From Bacteroidetes bacterium HGW-Bacteroidetes-7 (GTDB lineage Bacteria > Bacteroidota > Bacteroidia > Bacteroidales > UBA932): a stretch of 64,000 bases of DNA. The notes under the pieces were generated by a model. It had not been told where the DNA came from. It made no database searches and saw nothing but the letters and a program-made list of their open reading frames with translations. Below are positions 1 to 10,375 of the stretch, one piece after another. A program made the position numbers and the translations under genes. Each line of letters opens with the position of its first letter. The first letter of the stretch is position 1. The stretch lies in the NCBI GenBank assembly GCA_002842465.1, contig PHDA01000013.1, positions 3,375 through 67,374 on the forward strand. The letters run 5' to 3'.

Positions 1-35
1 AGTAATAAGGCACCAGCTTAATTAAACTAATTTTT

Positions 36-1871
36 ATGCAACACAAAGTTATTGATACCAAAGAAGTTGTTATCAGATTTACAGGCGACTCAGGGGACGG
101 TATGCAGCTGACAGGCAGCCTCTTTGCAGATGCTTCGGCACTTTATGGGAACGAAGTCTCAACATTTCCGGATTTCCCGGCTGAGATAAGAGCCCCACAA
201 GGTACCGTTTCGGGTGTTTCAGGTTTTCAGGTTAACATCGGAAGCGGCGAAATTCGCACTCCGGGTGATTTCTGTGATGTACTTGTAGCAATGAATCCTG
301 CAGCTCTAAAAGCTAATGCCAAATGGGCAAAGCCAACAGCAAGCATAATTCTTGATTCTGATACCTTTGATGAAAAGGGGATCAAGAAGGCAGGTTTTAA
401 AACAGATGATCCTATCACCGAACTTAAACTGGAAGACAAGCACATAATTTTTGCCCCAATTACTACGCTCACAAAAGAGAGTCTAAAGGATAGCGGACTT
501 GATCCAAAATCAATAATCCGAAGTAAGAATATCTTTACTCTCGGGATCTGTTACTATATGTTTAACAGACCTATGGATTCAACAGAGGAGTATCTTGATA
601 AAAAGTTCCGCAAAAAACCAGAGGTAGCTGCAGCTAATAAAAAGGCTCTAAGAGATGGTTTTAACTATGCGGGAAATGTACACGCAATTCCAAATACATA
701 TAAAATTCAGCCGGCTAAGCTGGAAAAAGGTATTTACAGAAATATTAACGGTAATCAGGCTACGGCTTGGGGTCTTTTAGCAGCTTCCGAAAAATCGGGA
801 ATTCCACTCTTCTGCGGATCATACCCGATTACTCCGGCTACCAGCATTCTTGAAGAGCTTGCCTTAAGGAAAGATCTTAACGTTAAAACTCTTCAGTGTG
901 AAGATGAAATTGCAGGTATTTGTACCTCAATTGGTGCAGCTTACGCAGGCAACCTTGCAGTAACAACCACTTCAGGCCCTGGTCTCTCTTTAAAGTCCGA
1001 GGCACTTGGTCTGGCTGTTATGACAGAGCTTCCAATCGTTGTAGTTAATGTTCAGAGGGGCGGCCCTTCAACTGGTATTCCAACTAAAACTGAGCAGACA
1101 GACCTTAACCAGGCTCTTTACGGCAGAAACGGTGAGTGCCCGATTGCAATCATTGCAGCTCACTCTCCATCTCATTGCTTTGAAGCTGCATTCTACTCGG
1201 CAAAATATGCTCTTGAGCACATGATGCCGGTATTACTTCTTACTGAGGGCTTCCTGGGTAACGGATCTGAGCCATGGAAAATTCCTTCAATGAAGGATTT
1301 CCCTGAAATTAAAGCACCGGTTATTACAGAATCAGAAGAGAAACCATTCTGGCCATTTAAGCGTGATAGCGAAAAATTGGCAAGAAGATGGGCTTTACCG
1401 GGAACTCCGGGTCTTGAGCACAGAGTAGGCGGTCTTGAAAAAAACAATGACGGAACCGTATCTTCAGACCCTTTGGTACATGAAAGAATGGTAGGCGAAA
1501 GGGCAGAGAAAGTTGCAAGACTGGCAAACTACATTCCTGACCTAGAGGTTATCGGAGATAGTAAAGGTGAGGTTCTGGTTGTTGGATGGGGTGGTACATA
1601 CGGACACCTTTATACTGCAGTAAAAGAGCTTCATAGCGAAGGAAAAAGCGTAAGTCTTGCTCACTTTGATTACATTTTCCCTCTACCTAAAAACACTGCC
1701 GATGTCTTCTCACAATTTAAGAAGATTATTGTTTGCGAACTAAATAGCGGACAATTCGCTAATTACCTGAGAACACAACATCAGCAGTTCCAGTATCATC
1801 AGAAAAATAAGGTACAAGGGCAACCGTTTATTGTAAAAGAGATTGTTGACGCAGTTAACGCTATACTATAA
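36..1871 (+). CDS. korA: 2-oxoacid (2-oxoglutarate):ferredoxin oxidoreductase, alpha subunit (fused gamma-alpha type, 611 aa)
   Basis: Long ORF. N-terminus VIRFTGDSGDGMQLTG and the central GSYPITPAT / TTTSGPGLSLK motifs are typical of KorA/OorA-type 2-oxoacid:acceptor oxidoreductases. It is followed 18 nt later by the TPP-binding beta subunit. Confidence 0.88.
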   Translation: MQHKVIDTKEVVIRFTGDSGDGMQLTGSLFADASALYGNEVSTFPDFPAEIRAPQGTVSGVSGFQVNIGSGEIRTPGDFCDVLVAMNPAALKANAKWAKPTASIILDSDTFDEKGIKKAGFKTDDPITELKLEDKHIIFAPITTLTKESLKDSGLDPKSIIRSKNIFTLGICYYMFNRPMDSTEEYLDKKFRKKPEVAAANKKALRDGFNYAGNVHAIPNTYKIQPAKLEKGIYRNINGNQATAWGLLAASEKSGIPLFCGSYPITPATSILEELALRKDLNVKTLQCEDEIAGICTSIGAAYAGNLAVTTTSGPGLSLKSEALGLAVMTELPIVVVNVQRGGPSTGIPTKTEQTDLNQALYGRNGECPIAIIAAHSPSHCFEAAFYSAKYALEHMMPVLLLTEGFLGNGSEPWKIPSMKDFPEIKAPVITESEEKPFWPFKRDSEKLARRWALPGTPGLEHRVGGLEKNNDGTVSSDPLVHERMVGERAEKVARLANYIPDLEVIGDSKGEVLVVGWGGTYGHLYTAVKELHSEGKSVSLAHFDYIFPLPKNTADVFSQFKKIIVCELNSGQFANYLRTQHQQFQYHQKNKVQGQPFIVKEIVDAVNAIL

Positions 1872-1889
1872 CATCAAATCAGAAATTTT

Positions 1890-2912
1890 ATGGAAATTAA
1901 ATATACACCACAGGATTTTAAGAGCAATCAAGAGGTAAAATGGTGCCCCGGATGCGGAGACCACGCAATTCTTGCAAGTGTTCAGAGAGCAATGCCGGAG
2001 ATATGCGAATCGCTTAACTATACAAAAGAGAGATTTGTGTTTGTATCAGGTATCGGTTGTTCATCGCGTTTTCCTTACTATATGGATTCTTACGGTTTCC
2101 ATGGTATTCACGGTCGCGCATCTGCTATAGCAACAGGAGTAAAGGTAGCTAACCCTACATTGACTGTATGGCAGGTAACCGGTGACGGTGATGCACTTGC
2201 CATCGGAGGAAACCACTTTATCCATGCCATCAGAAAAAACATTGACATTAACATTCTTCTTTTCAATAATCAGATTTACGGTCTTACAAAGGGTCAGTAT
2301 TCTCCCACCTCAAAACTGGGCATGATTACCAAAACCTCTCCATACGGAACCGTTGAACACCCATTTAATCCGGGAGCTCTTGTTCTTGGTTCAAGAGGGA
2401 CGTTCTTTGCAAGAAGCATAGATGTTGAGCTTAAGCTCACACAAGACATTATGGTTCAAAGTGCTAAACACGATGGAACCGCCGTTACCGAAATTCTTGT
2501 AAACTGCGTGATTTTTAACGATAAAACACACGCTCAGGTTTCAGATAAAGAGTCCCGTGCAGACAGAACAATAGTTCTTAAACACGGTGAGCCTATGATA
2601 TATGGTAAAGACAAAGACAGAGGCCTTGTGCTTGACGGTAACAAGATCAGATCAGTTATAATAGGGGAAAAAGGTATAACTGAAAAAGATCTGCTGGTAC
2701 ACGATGCCGAAGAGGAGAATCCGGGAATTCACTCTATGCTTATAGATATGATGTATCCGGAACTGCCTGTTGCCCTTGGAGTGATTCGCGCCGTTAAAGA
2801 TAAAACCTATGACGACAATGTTCGCGATCAGGTTATAGATGCAAGAGAGCATGCTCAAATCCACAACATGGATGAACTTTTGCACAGCGGTGCAATCTGG
2901 GAGGTTAAATAG
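1890..2912 (+). CDS. korB: 2-oxoacid:ferredoxin oxidoreductase, beta (TPP-binding) subunit
   Basis: WCPGCGDHAIL motif, the GIGCSSRF motif and GDGDALAIGGNH (TPP-binding GDG) are characteristic of KorB. Tightly linked to korA. Confidence 0.9.
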   Translation: MEIKYTPQDFKSNQEVKWCPGCGDHAILASVQRAMPEICESLNYTKERFVFVSGIGCSSRFPYYMDSYGFHGIHGRASAIATGVKVANPTLTVWQVTGDGDALAIGGNHFIHAIRKNIDINILLFNNQIYGLTKGQYSPTSKLGMITKTSPYGTVEHPFNPGALVLGSRGTFFARSIDVELKLTQDIMVQSAKHDGTAVTEILVNCVIFNDKTHAQVSDKESRADRTIVLKHGEPMIYGKDKDRGLVLDGNKIRSVIIGEKGITEKDLLVHDAEEENPGIHSMLIDMMYPELPVALGVIRAVKDKTYDDNVRDQVIDAREHAQIHNMDELLHSGAIWEVK

Positions 2913-2948
2913 AGAACTAACATACCAAACATTAAAAACAAAGAAATA

Positions 2949-4286
2949 ATGAAAGTTGCAGACATTATGGCTTCTCTCGAGAAGAAGCATGGTAACGAGA
3001 AAGAATTTTTACAAGCAGTTCATGAAGTGTTGGAGTCAATTGAAGAAATTTACAACCAGCATCCTGAATTTCAAAAAGCGAAAATTATTGAAAGGCTAAT
3101 TGAGCCGGACCGTATTTTCACATTCAGGGTAACATGGCAGGATGACAAGGGAGAGGTTCACTCAAACCTTGGTTACAGGGTTCAATTCAGTAACGCCATT
3201 GGCCCATACAAAGGCGGCTTCCGTTTCCATCCTTCAGTTAATCTTTCGATTTTAAAATTCCTCGGTTTTGAGCAGATGTTTAAAAATGCTCTAACCACAC
3301 TACCTATGGGTGGTGGCAAAGGAGGCTCTGACTTTGATCCTAAAGGCAAATCAGATGCTGAAATTATGCGTTTTTGCCAATCATTTATAACAGAACTGTG
3401 GCGTCACCTCGGTCCTGACACAGACGTTCCTGCAGGCGATATTGGAGTTGGTGCACGTGAAATCGGGTTTATGTACGGCTGGTTTAAAAAACTTGCTCGC
3501 GAAAACACCGGCGTTCTTACAGGAAAAGGTTCAACCTGGGGAGGTTCACTTATTCGTCCTGAAGCAACAGGTTATGGTGGAGTTTACTTTGTAACACATA
3601 TGCTTGCTACCAAAGGAATGGATATCAAAGGTAAAACAGTTTCAGTTTCAGGTTTCGGCAATGTTGCATGGGGAGCTGCTCAAAAAGCCACCGAACTTGG
3701 AGCAAAGGTTGTTGCGCTTTCTGGTCCTGACGGAATGATACATGATGAAGCAGGTATGACTGCAGAGAAAATTGATTACATGCTTGAGCTACGCGCATCA
3801 AATAATGACGTGGTTGCACCTTATGCTGATAAATTCCCCGGATCGAAATTCTATCCTGGTAAAAAGGCTTGGGCAGTTAAGGTTGACATTGCACTACCGT
3901 GCGCTTTCCAGAACGAACTTAACGGTGAAGACGCAAAAGAACTAATCAAAAACGGAGTTATTTGCGTAGGAGAGCTTTCAAACATGGGCTGTACCCCTGA
4001 GGCGATTGCAGAGCTTCAGAAAGCTAAAGTTCTTTATGCTCCTGGTAAAGCAGCAAATGCAGGTGGTGTGGCTGTTTCTGGTCTTGAGATGACACAGAAT
4101 GCAATGCACATAAGTTGGACATCAGAAGAGGTTGATAACAAACTTAAGCAGATAATGGAGAACATCCACCAGCAATGTGTTAAATACGGAACACAAAAAG
4201 ATGGCTTTATCAATTATGTAAACGGTGCAAATATCGCCGGATTCATGAAGGTTGCAAGAGCCACACTTGAGCAAGGCCTTTGCTAG
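2949..4286 (+). CDS. gdhA: NAD(P)-dependent glutamate dehydrogenase
   Basis: 445 aa. Contains the Glu/Leu/Phe/Val dehydrogenase active-site block LPMGGGKGGSDFDPKGKS and the dinucleotide fold VSVSGFGNVAWGAA. Confidence 0.93.
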   Translation: MKVADIMASLEKKHGNEKEFLQAVHEVLESIEEIYNQHPEFQKAKIIERLIEPDRIFTFRVTWQDDKGEVHSNLGYRVQFSNAIGPYKGGFRFHPSVNLSILKFLGFEQMFKNALTTLPMGGGKGGSDFDPKGKSDAEIMRFCQSFITELWRHLGPDTDVPAGDIGVGAREIGFMYGWFKKLARENTGVLTGKGSTWGGSLIRPEATGYGGVYFVTHMLATKGMDIKGKTVSVSGFGNVAWGAAQKATELGAKVVALSGPDGMIHDEAGMTAEKIDYMLELRASNNDVVAPYADKFPGSKFYPGKKAWAVKVDIALPCAFQNELNGEDAKELIKNGVICVGELSNMGCTPEAIAELQKAKVLYAPGKAANAGGVAVSGLEMTQNAMHISWTSEEVDNKLKQIMENIHQQCVKYGTQKDGFINYVNGANIAGFMKVARATLEQGLC

Positions 4287-4347
4287 AAATTAATACTGAT
4301 TTCAGAAATAGAAAAGTTTTTCCAAAAATATTCTGAAACTTATTCAG

Positions 4348-4381
4348 GTAGCCACATTTGTTAATGTGGCTACTTTTTTTT
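4348..4381 (+). terminator. Rho-independent terminator after gdhA
   Basis: Perfect 10-bp stem GTAGCCACAT / ATGTGGCTAC with a 6-nt loop, followed by T8. Confidence 0.75.
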
Positions 4382-4518
4382 ATTGCAAAAATGAATTGTC
4401 TTATATTTTGAAATAATTACACTATATTCGGTAATGATTTATAATATAAATTTCTCCCCTCGGAGTAAAATATTTATTATTTGATGAATAAAATATTTAT
4501 TTTGAATTAAATTTTTGT

Positions 4519-4526
4519 TAAATTTG
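4519..4526 (+). promoter_or_regulatory. Candidate Bacteroides-type -7 box (TAAATTTG) upstream of susC-like gene
   Basis: Matches TAnnTTTG. It lies 111 nt upstream of the ATG in a very AT-rich 350-bp intergenic region. There is no well-spaced -33 TTTG, so support is weak. Confidence 0.25.
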
Positions 4527-4636
4527 TTAGGTCTATGTTTTTAGACTAAATATTTAAAGCCAATAAAATGCTTATGAGAATAAACCAAAATACTTAAAAA
4601 ACTAACTAACTTATTTACTAACCAAAACTTTTTTAC

Positions 4637-7600
4637 ATGAAAAAATTTAAACTAATCTTAACAGGTCTGTTACTTGTTTTGACTGTTGGTATTATCAACG
4701 CTCAAAATATTCAGGTAACAGGAACTGTTACTGATGCCAACACAGGGGAGCCTGTTATGTTTGCATCAGTTATGCTGAAAGGTACAGTTGTAGGGGCAGC
4801 AACAGATGAGGGTGGAAAATTCACCATAAGCTCTCCGGCAAACGGAATCCTGGTTTTCAGTTTTATTGGCTACACAACTGTAGAAGTGCCCGTAAATGGA
4901 CGCACAACAGTTAATGTATCAATGAGGCCAGATGCCGTTTATCTGGAGGATGTGCTCGTAGTTGCCTACGGTACAACAAGAAAAGAATCATTTACTGGTT
5001 CTGCCGAGGTTCTCAAATCTGAGAAAATCGAAAAGAGAACTGTTTCCAATGTAACTAAAGCTGTTGAAGGTTTAGCAACCGGAGTACTTGTTACATCAGG
5101 AACAGGTCAGCCGGGTGAAGGTTCAAGTATTATTATCAGAGGTTATGGTTCGATCAATGCATCAAACACTCCTCTATATGTAGTTGACGGAATTCCTTAC
5201 AATGGTAGTATTGCAGCTATTAACCCTGCAGATATTGAATCAATGACCATCCTAAAGGATGCATCAGCAGGAGCACTTTATGGTGCCCGTGGTGCAAATG
5301 GTGTAATCATGATTAATACCAAAAGGGGTGCAAAAGATGGCGAAAGAGTAAAAGTTAACTTCAGAAGCGTATGGGGAGTCTCTTCACAGGCTATCCCTTC
5401 TTATGACCTTCTTGATGCAAAGGGCTGGATAGAATACCAGTATCAGGCATTTAAAAATGAAGAGACCATTATGAAAGGTGTTAACCCTGCTGTTGCAGGT
5501 CAGACTGCTATTCAGATGATGCTAACAGGACCAAGTAAAGTGTTTGGTCTTAACCAGCAATATAACCCATATAACTATCCTCTTGCTGACCTTATCGATA
5601 CTCAGACCGGTAAAATCAGAAGCGATGCAACTCTTCGCTATAATGACAACTGGATGAAAGAGGTAACAGCCAGCAACCCAATCAGGCAAGACCACGTGCT
5701 TACAGTTACCGGAGGTAACGATAAAGCCAAGTACATGGGTTCTGTTGGTTTCCTTGATGAAAAAGGTATTCTTATGACCACCGGTTTCAAGCGTTACTCC
5801 GGAAGGGCAAACGTAGAGGCCAAACCTGTTGAATGGCTTAAATTTGGCTTAGGTACCAACTTCGCCCAAACAACAAGTAACTTCCTTAGTGCTACAGGTT
5901 CTGCAACTTCAAACGTATGGTACTCTTGTATGTTAATGGCTCCTATCTATCCGATTTATGAGCTTGACGCAAACAATCAGCCTATTCTTGATGCCAACGG
6001 CAAGAAGAAATTTGACTACGGTCAAAACCGTGCCTCAGGAGCACAACAAAACTACAATAGTATTGCAACTCTTTATGATGACAAGTTTAAAGCTGTCAAT
6101 TCAAGTGTAAGCGGTAGAACATTCTTTGAACTTCTGGATTTCAAAACAGGTCCGATTGCAGGTCTTAAGTTATCTGTAAACCTCGGTTTTGACTTTATAA
6201 ACCAGGAGCAGCACAACTATGAAAATCCTTACTTTGGTAATGCTGCAGGTTCACAGGGTCGTGCTTACAAATACAGCCGCAACACTTTGTCTTCAACTTT
6301 CAACCAACTAATTACCTATAAGAGGACAATTGCTGACAAGCATAATCTTGACTTCCTTGTTGGTCACGAAAACTATCAGTATAAATTCAACTACCTTATG
6401 GGAGCAAAATCAGGTTTCCCTTTTGGTGGTCTATACGAATTGAATGCAGCAGCTACAGTTATCACAGCAGGTTCATACGAGGATAATTACACGATTGAGT
6501 CGTACCTTTCAAGGTTGAACTACAATTTTGATGACAAGTACTACCTTTCAGGTTCATTCCGTCGTGACGGATCTTCACGTTTCCACACTTCTAACCGTTG
6601 GGGTGACTTCTGGTCAGTGGGTGGTAACTGGAGAATAAGCCAGGAGTCATTCATGCAGAGCCTGTCATGGGTTAGAAACATGAACATAAGAGCCAGCTTT
6701 GGTGTTCAGGGTAATGATGCTGTTGGAGGATATTATCCATACCAGGCACTTTACGACCTTGGATTCCCGAATGCAGGTATGAACGGTGCTGTTGTTGCTT
6801 CTATTGCAAACAACGATCTTAAATGGGAGAAAAACGAAAACCTAAACATTGGTTTTGACGCCAGAATTTTTGACAGAGTTTCCATCTCTGCTGAATGGTA
6901 CAAAAGAGTGACAAAGGATATGCTTATGGCCTATCCTCTTGCTATGTCAACCGGTTTCCTCTCTTATCAAAAAAATATTGGAAGCATGCAAAACACCGGA
7001 GTCGAAGTTACTATAGGTGTTGATATGGTTACAAGTAAAGATCTCAGATGGTCACTAACACTAATGGGTTCTACTGTTCAGAATAAGATTCTCAACCTGG
7101 CTGACAAACCTGAAATTACAGCAGGTAACTATATTACCAAAGAGGGTGAGGTTCTTAACTCGTTCTATCTTCCAAAATCTGCTGGTGTTGATCCTGCTAC
7201 AGGATACCAGCTTTACTGGGTATGGGATACTGCTGCAGATGGTACACGCAGTGAGGAGTACATTACTGCCGACAGAGCAAAAGCAGCTGCTTCAAGAGTT
7301 ATCGCAGGTAATCGTATGCCTGACCTGTTTGGTTCAATCAACAATGATTTCAAACTGTTTCAAAGTATAGATTTAAGCATTCTTACTACCTACTCAATCG
7401 GAGGTAAGATTCTTGACGGTCTTTATGCTAACTTGCTTGACCCACTTTATCAAGGTAACTCACTGTCTGCACACTTATCAAGAGCTTGGAGCAAGCCGGG
7501 AGATATCACTGATACTCCTATTGCTCAACTTGGTGCAAACACAACCACTTCTACCCGTAACCTGATTAATGCTTCATACTTTACAATTAAGAATGTAACT

Positions 7601-7795
7601 TTAGGTTATTCTTTACCAAAAACCTGGATGAAGAAAATCGGTATTGAAAATGTAAGAATATCTGCAATTGCAGATAATATTGCAATGTTCACACACCTAA
7701 AGGGTATGAATCCACAGTTTAACTTCTCAGGAGGTACTGACTATGTTTACACACCTACTCGCTCTATTTCACTAGGTTTGGATATAACTTTTTAA
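4637..7795 (+). CDS. SusC/RagA-family TonB-dependent outer-membrane transporter (no STN/anti-sigma signalling domain)
   Basis: 1052 aa. Signal peptide, then a carboxypeptidase-regulatory-like domain (IQVTGTVTDANTGEPVMFASVMLKGT), a plug region (LKDASAGALYGARGANGVIMINTKRG) and a C-terminal beta-barrel ending in F. Followed by SusD. Confidence 0.93.
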   Translation: MKKFKLILTGLLLVLTVGIINAQNIQVTGTVTDANTGEPVMFASVMLKGTVVGAATDEGGKFTISSPANGILVFSFIGYTTVEVPVNGRTTVNVSMRPDAVYLEDVLVVAYGTTRKESFTGSAEVLKSEKIEKRTVSNVTKAVEGLATGVLVTSGTGQPGEGSSIIIRGYGSINASNTPLYVVDGIPYNGSIAAINPADIESMTILKDASAGALYGARGANGVIMINTKRGAKDGERVKVNFRSVWGVSSQAIPSYDLLDAKGWIEYQYQAFKNEETIMKGVNPAVAGQTAIQMMLTGPSKVFGLNQQYNPYNYPLADLIDTQTGKIRSDATLRYNDNWMKEVTASNPIRQDHVLTVTGGNDKAKYMGSVGFLDEKGILMTTGFKRYSGRANVEAKPVEWLKFGLGTNFAQTTSNFLSATGSATSNVWYSCMLMAPIYPIYELDANNQPILDANGKKKFDYGQNRASGAQQNYNSIATLYDDKFKAVNSSVSGRTFFELLDFKTGPIAGLKLSVNLGFDFINQEQHNYENPYFGNAAGSQGRAYKYSRNTLSSTFNQLITYKRTIADKHNLDFLVGHENYQYKFNYLMGAKSGFPFGGLYELNAAATVITAGSYEDNYTIESYLSRLNYNFDDKYYLSGSFRRDGSSRFHTSNRWGDFWSVGGNWRISQESFMQSLSWVRNMNIRASFGVQGNDAVGGYYPYQALYDLGFPNAGMNGAVVASIANNDLKWEKNENLNIGFDARIFDRVSISAEWYKRVTKDMLMAYPLAMSTGFLSYQKNIGSMQNTGVEVTIGVDMVTSKDLRWSLTLMGSTVQNKILNLADKPEITAGNYITKEGEVLNSFYLPKSAGVDPATGYQLYWVWDTAADGTRSEEYITADRAKAAASRVIAGNRMPDLFGSINNDFKLFQSIDLSILTTYSIGGKILDGLYANLLDPLYQGNSLSAHLSRAWSKPGDITDTPIAQLGANTTTSTRNLINASYFTIKNVTLGYSLPKTWMKKIGIENVRISAIADNIAMFTHLKGMNPQFNFSGGTDYVYTPTRSISLGLDITF

Positions 7796-7819
7796 TTAAA
7801 TAATAAGAATATACTTAAT

Positions 7820-9394
7820 ATGAAAAAAATATTTACACTATTTGCAGTAGCACTTCTCGTATTGAGCTCTTGTGAAAAGGAGTATCTTGATACGACCCCT
7901 ACTGACTCAGTTTCCGGGCAATTGATCTTCAGCAATACCGAAAGTGCAATGGTTGCTATGAACGGTATTTACAGAGCTCTTTATTTGCCGAACAGTACCT
8001 GGTTTGGAACTACAGGTAACGTACAGCAGAATTTTGGTATTGTTTCGCACAACATGGTTGCAGACCTTATGGGTGAAGACTATGTACAAGCGGAGCAAGG
8101 AAACGGATGGTTCTATTTTGACTACAGATATGATGTTAGATCAAGATATGCCAGTGCATCATGGAGATGCTATGGTCTGTGGAACTTCTACTACAAGGTA
8201 ATTACAAACGCAAACTATGTAATTGCATCTAAAGATTTGATTCAGGGTGACCCTAATAAAGTTAAGAGTATAATCGGACAGGCTCTTACCCTGCGTGCCT
8301 ACTCTTATTACTATCTGACTCTCTTCTTCCAGCACACTTATAAGGGTAATGAAAACACTCCCGGAGTTCCTCTTTATACTGAGCCAACTTTAGTAGGTGC
8401 TCCAAGGGGTACACTTAAAGATGTGTACGATCTTATTACGGCTGACCTTACAGAGGCAACAACTTTGTTGAAGGCCGCTAAAGATGCAGGTTTAACCAGA
8501 ACTCATAAATCTCACATTGACTACAACGTTGCAAAAGCTATACAGGCTAAGGTATTCCTTACAATGGAAAACTGGACAGGTGCAGCTGATGCAGCAAAAG
8601 AGGCAAGAACAGGTTATACGCTTCTTTCTGGAAGTTCATTATACACAGGATTTAACGATCTTGTTCTCTCTTCTGTAATGTGGGGAGGTCAGGTTATTGC
8701 TACTGAAGCAGTTTCAGGTGGTTGGGGTACATTCTTCTGCCATGTGGATCCGGGTAGCACTCCTGCAGTGATTACAGCAAACGGTTACGGTGTAACATCA
8801 AGAAAATGTATTAGTTCATGGTTATATAACCAGATACCTACAACTGACCTTAGAAGACCTTGGTGGAATGGAGTCGTTCCTGTCCAGGCAAGTTCGGGCC
8901 CAAATAAGAACTATGCTCAGTTTAAGTACAAATACAAAAACATCAGTGATTACACAGGTGACTATATTTTCTTAAGAGCAGAAGAGATGCTTCTTATCGA
9001 AGCTGAAGCAAGAGTAAGACTTACTCAATATGATGCAGCAAGAACACTTCTTCTTGAGCTGGGAGCAGTTCGTGACCCTCAAATGGCTGCAAGAATTGCC
9101 GGAAGGACAAATTCAGCTGTTTACAACACCAATACAACCGGTGCGCTTACTACACTTATGGATGAGGTTTTATTCCAGCGTCGTATAGAGCTTTGGGGTG
9201 AAGCAGGTCGTCTGTTTGACCTAAAGAGACTTGGTCTTGGCTTTGACAGGGATTTTGCCGGAACAAATCACTCACAGCTTCTTAAAACAATCTCTACAGC
9301 AGCTAAATCTAAAGAGTTTGTACTACCTATACCTCAGCAAGAATTTGACGGTAATGAGAATATGGATATCGAAACCGATCAGAATCCTCTATAA
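7820..9394 (+). CDS. SusD/RagB-family nutrient-binding outer-membrane lipoprotein
   Basis: Lipobox LVLSSC. 524 aa, immediately after SusC. C-terminal SusD-like block FLRAEEMLLIEAEA ... QRRIELWGEAGRLFDLKR. Confidence 0.9.
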   Translation: MKKIFTLFAVALLVLSSCEKEYLDTTPTDSVSGQLIFSNTESAMVAMNGIYRALYLPNSTWFGTTGNVQQNFGIVSHNMVADLMGEDYVQAEQGNGWFYFDYRYDVRSRYASASWRCYGLWNFYYKVITNANYVIASKDLIQGDPNKVKSIIGQALTLRAYSYYYLTLFFQHTYKGNENTPGVPLYTEPTLVGAPRGTLKDVYDLITADLTEATTLLKAAKDAGLTRTHKSHIDYNVAKAIQAKVFLTMENWTGAADAAKEARTGYTLLSGSSLYTGFNDLVLSSVMWGGQVIATEAVSGGWGTFFCHVDPGSTPAVITANGYGVTSRKCISSWLYNQIPTTDLRRPWWNGVVPVQASSGPNKNYAQFKYKYKNISDYTGDYIFLRAEEMLLIEAEARVRLTQYDAARTLLLELGAVRDPQMAARIAGRTNSAVYNTNTTGALTTLMDEVLFQRRIELWGEAGRLFDLKRLGLGFDRDFAGTNHSQLLKTISTAAKSKEFVLPIPQQEFDGNENMDIETDQNPL

Positions 9395-9417
9395 TGATTA
9401 ATTAATAAATTAAGTCT

Positions 9418-10206
9418 ATGAAAAATTTAAAATATATAATATCATTGGTGTTATTGTTCGGTTTATTTTCGTGTAACCAGGACGCCATAATGCCATACAT
9501 CGAAAAAAGCGATATCGGAGCCGTAGATGCCGCTTTCTCATCAACCGTTGCAATTTATGATCTGAAACAGGCTGACAACGGCAAGATTCAGGTACTTATT
9601 TACAGAGGCAACACAAAAGGTGCGGCAACTGTTCCTATCAAAATTACAGGAACAGGTATCACACAGCTTACCCTTGCCAGCAATACTGTAACATTCAATG
9701 ATGGTGAAGGGAAAGCCTATGTAACGTTAAATTATAACTTTGCTTCAATTCCTCTTGCAACCAAGTACATTGTTACTCTAACTATTGATGATGCTACAAT
9801 GATTTCAAAATCAAAAGTGTCAGCCATCAGAGTAGAGGCACAACTGCCGTTGAACTATGCAAGTTTTGGAACCGGCACATTTGAGTCAGAATTTTTTGAT
9901 GGTGAGACATGGAGTCAGCCGGTACAAAAGGCTAACGTTTCAACAACTCTTGACTACTATAAACTTCCAGGTTGTTACTATGCCGGTTATGACATTGTTT
10001 TCAGAGTTAGTAACGGAGTTCTACTAGCTGATCAGCAAAACATTGGATATCTGTACAGCCCATCATATGGTTATGTTTTTTTAAGTCCTCAAACTAACAC
10101 CATAAGTGGCAAGAGACACACATTTAACAGCCGTTTTGTTTTGCCTCAAGCAGTTCCTCCTGTGGCTTTTACAGGTACATTTAACGAGACGTTTATAATG
10201 CCATAA
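9418..10206 (+). CDS. SusD-adjacent lipoprotein of unknown function (262 aa)
   Basis: Signal peptide plus lipobox (LFGLFSC). It starts 23 nt after SusD and is followed by a strong terminator. I recognise no catalytic motif. Confidence 0.7.
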   Translation: MKNLKYIISLVLLFGLFSCNQDAIMPYIEKSDIGAVDAAFSSTVAIYDLKQADNGKIQVLIYRGNTKGAATVPIKITGTGITQLTLASNTVTFNDGEGKAYVTLNYNFASIPLATKYIVTLTIDDATMISKSKVSAIRVEAQLPLNYASFGTGTFESEFFDGETWSQPVQKANVSTTLDYYKLPGCYYAGYDIVFRVSNGVLLADQQNIGYLYSPSYGYVFLSPQTNTISGKRHTFNSRFVLPQAVPPVAFTGTFNETFIMP

Positions 10207-10218
10207 TTTTAGAATAAT

Positions 10219-10250
10219 GGGTGCACTCATTTGGGTGCACTCTTTTTTTT
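10219..10250 (+). terminator. Rho-independent terminator built from duplicated GGGTGCACTC
   Basis: GGGTGCACTC-attt-GGGTGCACTC. The self-complementary GTGCAC cores pair to give a roughly 10-bp stem including G.U pairs, followed by T8. Confidence 0.7.
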
Positions 10251-10375
10251 AATAATTCAATTATAATTAACCGGGATGTTCCAAAATTCAAATTTGACTA
10301 CAGAAATAACACTTATGATTAAGCGTTATAACTATTAGGGAGTATTTATTTTTTTAAAATTAATTCTTTAAACAT

